A DNA stretch of 64,000 bases from an uncultured bacterium (lineage in GTDB: Bacteria > Acidobacteriota > HRBIN11 > JAKEFK01): assembly GCA_963777505.1 (NCBI GenBank), contig CAVZQN010000004.1:96001-160000 (forward strand), in the 5' to 3' direction. The notes under the pieces are model-generated. The model saw only the letters and a list, made by a program, of their open reading frames with translations, searched no databases and was not told the origin of the DNA. A program made the position numbers and the translations under genes. This document shows, in pieces, positions 51,135 to 61,173 of this stretch. The first letter of the stretch is position 1; every line of letters begins with the position of its first letter.

Positions 51135-51174
51135 TCTTTACGAACTTTTTATTCCCCTCTTTCTCCTTTCTTAC
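51135..51174 (+). promoter_or_regulatory. Second putative KdpE box upstream of the porin-kdpFABC unit
   Basis: TCTTTAC 51135, TTTTTAT 51146, TCTTTCT 51158, TTCTTAC 51168 (about 11-bp period). Confidence 0.5.
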
Positions 51175-51207
51175 GGATCGCCCACTAACATTATCCGTGG
51201 TGATAAT

Positions 51208-52300
51208 ATGAATAGACTCCTACTACTCGTCTCGCTTTTACTGAGCTCAATTTGTATAGCACAAACTGAAAATGAGGGTGAGGCTGAAGAACCTCCCGCT
51301 GTAACCTTTAGCGGATTTTTGGAAGCTTATTACTCTTATGACTTCGATAATCCCGATGATCATAAACGGCCATTTTTTCTTTACTCGTATAACAAGCACA
51401 ATGAAGTCAATATCAATCTTGCTTACCTTAAGGCTGCTTACAATTCGGAAAGAGTTCGCGGCAATCTTGCCCTTATGGCTGGTACATATGCAAACGCAAA
51501 CCTTGCTGCAGAATCAGGAGTTTTAAAGAATATTTATGAAGCCAATGGAGGCATCAAGGTTTCTCAAGATCGGGATCTCTGGATCGATGCAGGAATTTTT
51601 GGTTCTCATATTGGTTTCGAAACCGCAATTGGACCAAGCAACTGGACATTAACCCGCAGCATTCTTGCTGAAAATTCTCCATACTACGAGTCCGGCGCAA
51701 AAGTTTCTTACACATACTGATGGGGGAGAGTGGTTTTTTAGCGGATTAATCTTAAACGGCTGGCAACGGATTGAAAGACCAGAAGGGAATAATACTCCAG
51801 CATTTGGAACTCAATTAACCTATAAGCCGAGCGATACATTCTTCTTCAACTACAGCACTTTTATCGGAAATGATAAACCAGATGATGCAAAGCAATGGCG
51901 TAATTTCCATGACTTTTATGCGATAGCTCAGCTCACTCCAAAATTCGGGATCACCGCAGGATTCGATATTGGTTTTGAAGAAGAACCGCCAGGCGGTGAG
52001 GGCTATAACACCTGGTGGACACCGATCGTGATCGTGAGATATTCAGCAACAGACAAAATCAACATTGCTGCAAGAGCGGAATATTACAGCGATGAAGACG
52101 GAGTGATTGTTGCTACAGGAACACCAAATGGATTCAAGACAGCCAGTTACTCAGTCAATGTTGATTACGCATTTACCGATCATATTCTCTGGCGAATTGA
52201 GGGACGAGGATTTCACAGCGAAGATGACATTTTTAACGTGACCGAAGATCCATCCTCATCCAATTTTGCAATGACTACATCGCTGTCTTTGACATTTTGA
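51208..52300 (+). CDS. Outer-membrane beta-barrel porin (BBP2/OmpL-like); apparent frameshift near 51712
   Basis: Signal peptide, YYSYDF, GIF.SHIGFE, AENSPYYE.G, NGWQ, AR.EYY.D, C-terminal F; ORFs 51208-51720 and 51665-52300. Confidence 0.82.
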
Positions 52301-52303
52301 AGT

Positions 52304-52333
52304 GTACGGGGCGGGTCTTAGACCCGCCCCTAC
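52304..52333. repeat. GTAG-type REP hairpin, family A
   Basis: GTACGGGGCGGGTCTTAGACCCGCCCCTAC. Confidence 0.85.
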
Positions 52334-52348
52334 GAACAGGAGCTTGTT

Positions 52349-52435
52349 ATGTGGGATCTTTTTTTTATCGGATTAACAATCGTTTTTTTCTTACTCAGTC
52401 TCGCTTACGTGCGAGGATGTGAGAAATTGCAGTAG
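52349..52435 (+). CDS. 28-aa single-TM peptide upstream of kdpF (Kdp accessory candidate)
   Basis: SD AGGAG, MWDLFFIGLTIVFFLLSLAYVRGCEKLQ*; below the ORF-track cutoff. Confidence 0.75.
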   Translation: MWDLFFIGLTIVFFLLSLAYVRGCEKLQ

Positions 52436-52445
52436 GAGAAACATT

Positions 52446-52535
52446 ATGGGTCTCGAATCAATTTTAGGGCTGACCGTTTCTGTATTGCTGCTTTTCTATT
52501 TGGTCTACGCGTTGTTGAGTCCCGAGAGGTTCTAA
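52446..52535 (+). CDS. kdpF: K+-transporting ATPase subunit F
   Basis: SD AGGAG, MGLESILGLTVSVLLLFYLVYALLSPERF* (YL.YALL.PE.F signature); stop 1 nt before the kdpA ATG. Confidence 0.92.
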   Translation: MGLESILGLTVSVLLLFYLVYALLSPERF

Positions 52536-52536
52536 G

Positions 52537-54337
52537 ATGACAATCAACGGCTGGCTACAAATTCTTTTTTATTTTCTATTGATTCTGTTGGTGACAAAAC
52601 CAATTGGCGTATTCATGGCACGTGTTTTTAACCGTGAAAAAACATTTCTCGATCCCGTTTTGAGACCAATTGAAAGGTTGATTTATAAATTGACCGGGGT
52701 TGATGAGAATCGTGAAATGCGTTGGACGGAATACGCGGTTGCGATGTTGCTGTTTAGCGTTGTTTCCATGGTTGTTCTTTATTTCATGCAACGGTTGCAG
52801 CATATTCTGCCTTTCAATCCGCAAAACTTAGCTGCGATTAATGAACATTCGTCTTTTAATACAGCAGCATCTTTTACGACAAACACAAACTGGCAGAGTT
52901 ATGTGCCTGAAGTAACGATGAGCTATCTCACACAGATGGCAGGCCTGGCTTATCACAACTTCATTTCTGCGGCTGTTGGAATTGCACTTGCAATCGCTTT
53001 CATACGCGGGATAGCCAGACGGGAAATGAATACGATTGGAAATTTCTGGGTTGATACGGTACGAGCAACTCTGTGGGTGCTGTTGCCGTTTTGCGTTGTT
53101 GGTGCTCTGTTTCTAGTTTCGCAAGGCGTGGTTCAAAATCTGAACCCATACGACACGGTTCAGCTTGTTGGAAAAACAAACGACTGAAGTCGATAAAAAG
53201 GATGAGGCAGGAAATGTCATTACAAATCCGGATGGCACCACTGCTAAGAAATCAACACAAACAATCGCTCAAGGCCCGGTAGCATCTCAAGAATTCATAA
53301 AAGAATGGGGAACGAATGGCGGCGGATTTTTCAATGCAAATAGTTCACATCCATTCGAAAATCCGACACCGTTTTCAAACTTAATTGAAATGTTTGCGAT
53401 TTTTGCGATTTCAGCTGGACTCACTTACACCCTAGGTCAGAATGACCGGCTCACAAAAACATGGATGGGCAGTATTCGCCGCAATGGCATTTCTCTTTTT
53501 TGTAGGCGTCACGGTAGCGTACTGGGCCGAATCGAATGGAAATCCATTGTTAACCGGTACAGATCAAAGCACGAGTGCAACGCAATCCGGCGGCAATATG
53601 GAAGGGAAGGAAATTCGATTTGGACTTGCGAATAGTGCTTTGTTTGCGACCGTAACCACGGATGCGTCCTGCGGCGCAGTAAATTCGATGCACGATTCCT
53701 ACACCCGCATTGGGCGGATTGGTACCGCTTTCAAACATCATGCTCAGTGAAGTGGTCTTTGGCGGAGTCGGCGCAGGAATGTACGGAGTACTCATCTATA
53801 TAGTGCTCTCGGTTTTCATTGCAGGATTAATGGTTGGCAGAACGCCAGAATATTTAGGAAAAAAGATCGAATCCTATGACGTAAAGATGGCAATGCTGAA
53901 TATTCTGATTTTTCCTCTCTTCATACTCGTTCTTACTGGCATTTCTGTAGTTGCATCATTTGGATCTATCCAGTATTTGGAATCCTGGGCCCCATGGGCT
54001 AAGCGAAGTTTTGTATGCCTTCACTTCTGGAACTGGAAATAACGGATCGGCTTTCGCAGGAATTTCAGCGAACACTCCCTGGTATAACACGACGATCGGC
54101 CTAGCGATGCTGTTTGGCCGCTTCTTCATGATTATTCCAGTGCTGGCTTTAGCAGGAAATCTCGCACGGAAGAAAACAGTGCCAGCAAGTCCAGGCACTT
54201 TTCCAGTAACCACGCCTTTATTCACTGTCTTACTTGTAAGTGTGATTTTGATTGTCGGTGCACTGACATTTTTTCCGGTACTAAGCCTTGGACCTATTGT
54301 GGAACATCTGTTGCTGTATGCCGGAAAAACATTTTGA
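52537..54337 (+). CDS. kdpA: K+-transporting ATPase subunit A (about 4 apparent frameshifts)
   Basis: [77 protein letters not shown] across consecutive ORFs. Confidence 0.93.
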
Positions 54338-54347
54338 GGTTGTATAA

Positions 54348-56393
54348 ATGACAACGAAAGCAAAGAAACAAGCGATTTGGAATACGCAAATTGTAACGCG
54401 TGCTCTGATTGATTCCTTTAAGAAACTAAATCCACGGATCATGATGAAGAATCCTGTCATGTTTGTTGTGGAAGTGGGGAGTGTAATCACAACGATCTTG
54501 TTGATTCGGGACCTCATGGCAGGCACCGGTGGTATCGGGTTCGCACTTCAAATCACGCTCTGGCTCTGGTTCACAGTATTGTTTGCAAATTTTGCTGAAG
54601 CGATGGCTGAAGGCCGCGGAAAAGCGCAGGCTGAAAATCTAAAAAAAGCGCGAACCGAAATCTAACGCACATCGCGCTTTTGCCAAAGGAGAAACTGAAA
54701 CAGTTCCCGCTCCAAAATTACGCAAGGATGATGTTGTTATTGTTTCGGCCGGCGAATTCATTCCAAGTGATGGTGAAATTATTGAAGGTGTCGCTTCAGT
54801 GGATGAATCTGCAATTACAGGTGAATCTGCTCCCGTTATCCGTGAAGCAGGTGGAGACCGCTCTGCAGTTACAGGCGGAACCCGTGTCTTATCAGACCAA
54901 ATCAAAGTCCGAATCACATCGAATCCAGGTGAGACTTTTCTTGATCGAATGATTGGACTGGTTGAAGGAGCGACACGACAAAAGACGCCGAATGAAATCG
55001 CATTAAATATTTTGCTTGCAGGTTTAACCATCATCTTTCTTGTTTGCTGTCGTTACTCTGCAACCTTTTGCGATTTATTCAAAAGCACCACAATCCATTT
55101 TTGTATTGGTTTCACTGCTGGTTTGTCTGATTCCAACAACAATCGGTGGTTTGCTTTCAGCAATCGGTATTGCTGGAATGGATCGTTTAATTCAACACAA
55201 TGTTCTTGCAATGTCTGGACGATCCGTAGAGGCTGCAGGAGATGTAAATACGTTGTTGTTGGATAAAACGGGAACGATCACACTTGGCAACCGTCAGGCA
55301 TCCGAATTTATTCCGCTTCCTGGAGTTGATGAAACCACGCTTGCTGATGCTGCTCAGCTTTCTTCGCTTGCGGACGAAACTCCTGAAGGTCGAAGCATCG
55401 TTGTATTAGCAAAAGAAAAATATAAAATGCGTGGCCGTGAGCTGGCACCGCACGAAGCTCGTTTCATTAAATTCAGCGCACAAACACGGATGTCGGGTGT
55501 TGATTATGATGGCCGGATCATTCGAAAAGGTGCAGCGGATGCAATCGAGAAATTTGTTGTCAGCAATCAGGGTGCTGCTCCAAAAGAGTTGCGTGAAATT
55601 GTAGAACGCATTGCAAAAGCCGGCGGCACACCACTTGTTGTCGCGGAGAATGCAAAAGCACTCGGTGTCATTCACTTAAAAGACATTGTTAAAGGTGGAA
55701 TGAAAGAACGGTTTACTCAACTGCGGGCGATGGGAATTAAAACAATCATGATCACCGGTGATAATCCACTCACTGCCGCTTCTATCGCAGCTGAAGCCGG
55801 TGTCGATGATTTTCTGGCTGAAGCAACACCTGAAGAAAAAATGACGTTGATTAAGAAGGAACAAACTGAAGGCAAACTTGTAGCAATGACTGGTGATGGT
55901 ACGAACGACGCTCCTGCGCTGGCTCAAGCCGACGTTGCTGTCGCAATGAATACAGGGACGCAAGCTGCGAAAGAAGCAGGAAATATGGTGGATCTGGATT
56001 CGAATCCTACGAAGCTAATTGAAATTGTTGAGATCGGGAAACAGCTCTTGATGACGCGCGGAGCTCTGACAACATTTTCAATTTCAAATGATGTCGCAAA
56101 ATACTTTGCGATAATTCCTGCGATGTTTTCTGCTGCCTTTCCGGTTTTGAATGCATTAAACATCATGGGCTTACGCACGCCTCAATCAGCAATTCTTTCT
56201 GCCGTAATTTTCAATGCGCTAATTATCATCGCTTTGATCCCACTCGCTCTTCGCGGTGTAAAATACAGGCCGACTTCCGGCTGCTGCTCTATTAAGGAGG
56301 AATCTGGTGGTTTATGGAGTTGGCGGCATAATCGTTCCATTTATAGGCATCAAAATCATTGATGTTTTCATCAATGCAATCGGACTTGCGTAA
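54348..56393 (+). CDS. kdpB: K+-transporting P-type ATPase subunit B (several apparent frameshifts)
   Basis: [57 protein letters not shown]; ends ..INAIGLA* at 56393. Confidence 0.93.
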
Positions 56394-56397
56394 CGAA

Positions 56398-56430
56398 TTT
56401 GCAGCGCCGGCGGGCCGCCGGCGCTACAAA
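56398..56430. repeat. GTAG-type REP variant hairpin between kdpB and kdpC
   Basis: TTTGCAGCGCCGGCGGGCCGCCGGCGCTACAAA; the reverse strand reads TTTGTAGCGCCGGCGG... Confidence 0.65.
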
Positions 56431-56444
56431 CAGGAGAGGTGAAT

Positions 56445-57004
56445 ATGAAAAATCTGAAGATTGCAATTTTAATGACGATTGTAACAACGCTTTTTCTTGG
56501 AATCGATTTATCCACTCGTAGTAACAGGTCTTGCTCAAGTTTTGTTTCCTGACAAAGCGAATGGACAATTAATTAAAAGATAAAAATGGAGCTGTTATCG
56601 GCTCTCGAATCATCGGTCAACCATTTTCATCCTCCAAATATTTTCATTCACGACCTTCGGCCGCGGGCGCAGTCGGCTATGATGCAGGAGCTTCCAGTGG
56701 TTCGAACCTTGGCCCCACAAACCAGAAGCTGATTGACCGCGTAAAAGCTGATGTGGAAAAACGACAGGCGGAAAATCCAGGTACGCCCGTTCCAATTGAT
56801 CTTGTCACTACATCTTCATCAGGACTTGATCCGCACATTTCTCCGGCTGCTGCAGAATTTCAGGTTCCACGAATTGCACGTGAACGTGGTATGAGTGAAG
56901 AGGAACTCCGAAAGCTTGTGGCCAAACATACTGAGGGCAGGCAATTTGGATTTTTAGGAGAACCACGGGTGAATGTACTTTTGTTGAATTTGGATCTTGA
57001 TTAA
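56445..57004 (+). CDS. kdpC: K+-transporting ATPase subunit C (apparent frameshifts near 56505 and 56580)
   Basis: [79 protein letters not shown]. Confidence 0.9.
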
Positions 57005-57020
57005 CCGCAAAGACGCAGAG
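57001..57020. repeat. Family B repeat monomer
   Basis: TTAACCGCAAAGACGCAGAG overlapping the kdpC stop; related copies at 20463, 35129, 40659, 41512, 43245, 43975. Confidence 0.65.
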
Positions 57021-57021
57021 G

Positions 57022-57852
57022 CTATTTCTTATAAAGATCTACAATCTGCTTGACGCTCTTTGAAATTCCAAGTGATGAAGTATCGATTGTGTGATCGGCC
57101 ATTGCATATAATGCCTCGCGGCCGCGCAATAAAGTTTGAAGTTGTTCCATTGCATTCGGATTATTCGCCATAGGTCGGGGATCTTGCTGCAGCACGCGAT
57201 CCCAATGGTCCTGCGGGTTTGCTTTGAGCCAGAACGTGACGCAGTGTTGTCTGAAGATGTTGTAGGTATCTTCCCTGGTTACGATACCACCACCGGTTGC
57301 GAGAACTGCAGGAGTACGGCTCGCAAGAAATTCTACGAGTACTTCGCGTTCCAAACGTCTGTAATATTCTTCGCCATGCACTTCAAAAATATTTTGTAAT
57401 CGAAGACCTGCTGCCCGTTCGATTCGATCGTCCAGTTCAACAAAATTCTTTTTCAGTCTTGTTGCTGACTTTTTTCCCAATTGTTGTTTTGCCAGCGCCT
57501 CGTAATCCGATTAATGCAATCACCGGTTTACTTTGATCCAGTTTTTGCCGCAAGCCATAAACGCAACTCTTCCATTTGATCGGGACGCAATAAAGTGAGT
57601 TGTGTCAGAATGGATTGATTTTCTGCGGCATGTCTTCGCGAATTGGATAAACCAGAAATGAGAGTTGTAACGGGCACCTGAAGCGCAGAACAAACTGCAA
57701 GTAATCGGTAAACGCAATATTGCCACGTCCGGCTTCCAGTTCCGCTAGAAAACGGAGACTCAAACCGGAAAGTCTGGAGAGCTCTTGACGGGAAATTCCA
57801 CGCTCCTGACGTAAAAAGGAAATTCGCCGCCCAGCTCGGTAAGCGCATTCAT
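57022..57852 (-). CDS. boxR: BoxR/BzdR-family regulator (XRE HTH + shikimate-kinase-like domain), apparent frameshifts
   Basis: HTH RQERGISRQELSRLSGLSLRFLAELEAGRGNI; IALIGLRGAGKTTIG, IFEVHGEEYYRRLE, ATGGGIV; divergent from boxC. Confidence 0.85.
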
Positions 57853-57856
57853 AATA

Positions 57857-57915
57857 GGAACTATACTGCATCTCATATTCAATTGACAAGTGTTAATGTA
57901 TGCATTAAAATTCAT
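57857..57915 (+). promoter_or_regulatory. boxC promoter with BoxR/BzdR-like operators
   Basis: TTGACA (57883-57888), 17-nt spacer, TAAAAT (57906-57911). TGCA-N6-TTCA at 57901-57914 overlaps the -10; GGAA-N6-TGCA at 57857-57870. Confidence 0.65.
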
Positions 57916-57947
57916 TCATCCTCAGAAGCATTATCTTAAGGTGACCC

Positions 57948-59581
57948 ATGATTTCATTTGAAACATCTCCCGATCAGTACCGTCATTGGAAATTAAGTTT
58001 TCCTGAGAAAAATATTGCATTTCTTGAATTGGATGTTCAAGAAGATGCGCCGTTAAAACCAGAATACAAGCTCAAGCTGAATTCCTATGATCTAGGAGTC
58101 GATATTGAGCTTGCTGATGCGATTCAACGTTTGCGATTTGAGCATCCTGAAATTAGTGCGGTTGTTGTTCGAAGCGGGAAGAACAACATTTTTTGCGCTG
58201 GTGCGAATATTTTTATGCTTGGAACAAGCAGTCATTCATTCAAAGTCAATTTTTGCAAATATACAAATGAAACACGACTCGCGATTGAAGATGCCAGTGA
58301 GAACAGCGGACAACGTTATATTGCTGCGTGCAATGGAACGACAGCAGGTGGTGGATACGAGCTTGCGCTTGCCTGCGACGAAATCGTTCTGGTTGATGAT
58401 GGAAACAGTGCTGTTAGTTTGCCTGAAACTCCGCTGCTTGCCGTACTTCCCGGTACTGGTGGATTAACGCGTCTTGTTGATAAAAGGAAAGTGCGTCGCG
58501 ATCAAGCTGATGTATTTTGCACACTTGCTGAAGGCATCAAAGGCCAGCGAGCCGTAGATTGGAATTTAGTGGATACGCTTAGCGCCTCGAAGCAAGTTTG
58601 ATCAAATCGTTCTGGAACATGCCCGCAGGCACGCGGCACATGATCAAAGCGAAAAGGGTCCGGGTATTGTGTTGACCCCAGTAAATCCTGAAATCACCGA
58701 TAACGAAGTTCGTTATCAAAATGTGACATTGACTTTTGATCGAGCGCGAAGAGTTGCAACTCTTTTGGTACGTGGTCCTGAAGAAGATCTGCCTGACACA
58801 CTGCCGGCAATTTTAGAATTGGGTTCAGAGTATTATCCACTTCAAACTTTTCGCGAAATCGATCGTGCTCTTCTTCATTTACGTTTCAATGAACCTGAAA
58901 TTGGATTGTTGATTATAAAAACGAAAGGAAATATTGAAAATGTAAGAAAGATGGATGAGACGCTCGCTGCTCATTCAACGAATTGGTTTGTACAAGAAGT
59001 GCTTCTATATATGAAGCGTACTCTGAAGCGTCTCGATCAAACGGCGCGAAGCATGTTTGCATTGATCGAACCTGGTTCCTGTTTTGCAGGCAGTTTGCTG
59101 GAGCTGGCTCTGGCAGCGGATCGTTCGTACATGCTGGATAGTCCGGAGGAAGAAGTCGCAATTGAGCTGACGTCAATGAATACAGGATTTTTCCCGATGG
59201 CGAATGGATTGTCCCGATTGAATAGTCGATTTCAATCGGACTGCAGAGAAAGTACAAATGATTGTTGAAAAGCAGAAAAAATATAATGCGGCAGGAGCGT
59301 TGGAAGCCGGTCTTGTGACATTTGCGATTGATGATATCGATTATGAGGATGATGTGCGGGTTGCCATCGAGGAACGTGCGAGTCTTTCGCCGGATGCATT
59401 GACAGGAATGGAAGCAAATCTTCGTTGGGGTGGACCTGAAACGATGGAAACGAAAATTTTTGCGCGTTTGTCCGCGTGGCAAAATTGGATTTTTACCAGA
59501 CCAAATGCAGTTGGTGAACGCGGCGCATTAACTTTGTATGGAAAACCAGAACGTCCAGTGTTCGATTACAAGCGAACTTAA
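57948..59581 (+). CDS. boxC: 2,3-epoxybenzoyl-CoA dihydrolase BoxC (about 2 apparent frameshifts)
   Basis: YRHWKL, LKLNSYDLGVDIELADAIQRLRFEHP, FCKYTNETR, PGTGGLTRLVDKRKVRRD, ETMETKIFARLSAWQNWIF.RPNAVGE.GAL. Confidence 0.93.
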
Positions 59582-59619
59582 GTTGGTGGCCGCCGTGCAA
59601 ATCTGCTTCACAAACACCT

Positions 59620-59643
59620 GGGCGACCCAAGAGTCGCCCCTAC
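59620..59643. repeat. GTAG-type REP variant
   Basis: GGGCGACCCAAGAGTCGCCCCTAC between boxC and boxB. Confidence 0.7.
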
Positions 59644-59672
59644 TAGCTTACGTTTTATTGTTGGAGTTTCAT

Positions 59673-61100
59673 ATGCAAATAAATCAAACTGAAAAAATCC
59701 CAAATAATGTAAATCTCAGTGAGGATCGGCGTTTGCAGCGAGCGTTAGAAACGTGGCTGCCCGATTACTTGAAATGGTGGATGGAAATGGGACCGTCTGA
59801 TTTTCAAACCGATCAGATTTATCTTCGAACGGCCATTTCAGTTGAACCTTCTGGTTGGGCTCATTTTGATTATGTAAAGATGCCTGATTATCGTTGGGGA
59901 ATTTTTCTCGCACCAAGTCCAAACAGTGAAGGAAAAATAAGGTTTGGAGATTTTGAAGGTCAGCCTGTATGGACTGACGTTCCTGGTGAATTCAGGAATT
60001 GGCTTCGCCGAATCATCGTCACACAGGGCGATACCGAGCCAGCAAGTGTAGAACAACAGCGATTGCTCGGTCACACTGCGCCAAGTCTTTACGATCTCCG
60101 AAATCTATTTCAGGTAAATGTTGAAGAAGGCCGTCATCTCTGGGCCATGGTTTATTTATTGCACAAACATTTTGGCCGAGATGGACGCGAAGAAGCTGAA
60201 GCACTTCTTGACCGTCGCAGCGGCAATCCTGATAAGCCGCGAATTCTTGGCGCATTCAATCAACCCGTAGAAAACTGGCTCGACTTTTTTATGTTTACGA
60301 TGTTCACGGATCGCGATGGAAAATATCAACTGCTCGCTCTCAGCGAAAGCGGTTTCGATCCGCTGGCGCGAACAACAAAGTTCATGCTTACCGAAGAAGC
60401 GCATCATATGTTTGTCGGTGAAACGGAATTTACCGGGTTGTTCAACGTACATGCGAGTTGATGAAGCAGGATCCAAATCAAGATGTTCGCAAATTAGGAG
60501 GGATCGATCTTCCTACGATTCAGAAATATATCAATCTCTGGTACAGCTTAAGTGCCGATTTGTTTGGTGGTGAGATTTCGACGAATGCTGCAAATTATTT
60601 TGGCGCAAGTTTAAAAGGTAGAAACCAGGAAGCGTCGCAACCAGATCATCAGGCAAAAGATCAAAGCTATAAAATGGCCGTACTTGAAGATGGCAAACTT
60701 GTGGATCAGGAAATTCCGTTGCGTACAGCTATGAATGAAGTGCTCCGTGATTCCTATATAGATGATTGCCAGAGGGGTGTTGACCGCTGGAACAAAGTCA
60801 TTCGCGACGCGGGTGTTGAGTATCAACTCACACTTCCGAACCGACGGTTCAATCGACATATCGGGATCTATGCAGGTCTTTATTGCACTCCGGAAGGCAA
60901 GCTTGATTAACAAGGAGGAATGGGAAGCCAATGTCCATAACTGGTTGCCCAGCGATTCAGATCGTGAATATGTGCAAAGCCTTATGAAGTCCGTCTATGA
61001 AATAGGCAAAATAGCGAACTGGATTGCGCCGCCAGTACGAGGGATTAACAGCAATCCATTTGAATTTGCTTATGTAAAGTTTGAAAACGTCCCGGCGTGA
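59673..61100 (+). CDS. boxB: Benzoyl-CoA 2,3-epoxidase subunit BoxB (about 2 apparent frameshifts)
   Basis: IPNNVNL, YVKMPDYRWGIFL, QGDTEPASVEQQ, NVEEGRHLWAM, TDRDG, TEEAHHMFVG (diiron ligands), ANWIAPP. Confidence 0.94.
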
Positions 61101-61173
61101 TATAGGGATGCGCGATGCGTGATGTTGCATCATTTCCGATGAATCGGTAGGATGTCCAGGGAAGGAGGGAGTC

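Noticed and set aside
3281-52333. Recurring palindromes as a CRISPR array
   Set aside because: Copies are kilobases apart, with no regular spacers and no cas genes.
57022-57480. Stand-alone shikimate kinase aroK
   Set aside because: It joins an upstream XRE HTH across frameshifts and is divergent from boxC, so it is the BoxR effector domain.
59538-59672. 45-aa N-terminal extension of BoxB in the ORF track
   Set aside because: It overlaps the boxC end and a REP; ATG 59673 has an SD (GGAG) and matches the BoxB start.
52537-61100. Programmed frameshifting, an alternative genetic code, or true pseudogenes in kdp and box
   Set aside because: Breaks are frame changes rather than read-through stops, occur at many unrelated contexts, and leave motifs intact; sequencing error is the simpler explanation.
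61105-61155. GATGCG[CT] heptamer run and small hairpins after boxB as an ncRNA or terminator
   Set aside because: Too short, with no U-tract or recognisable RNA motif.
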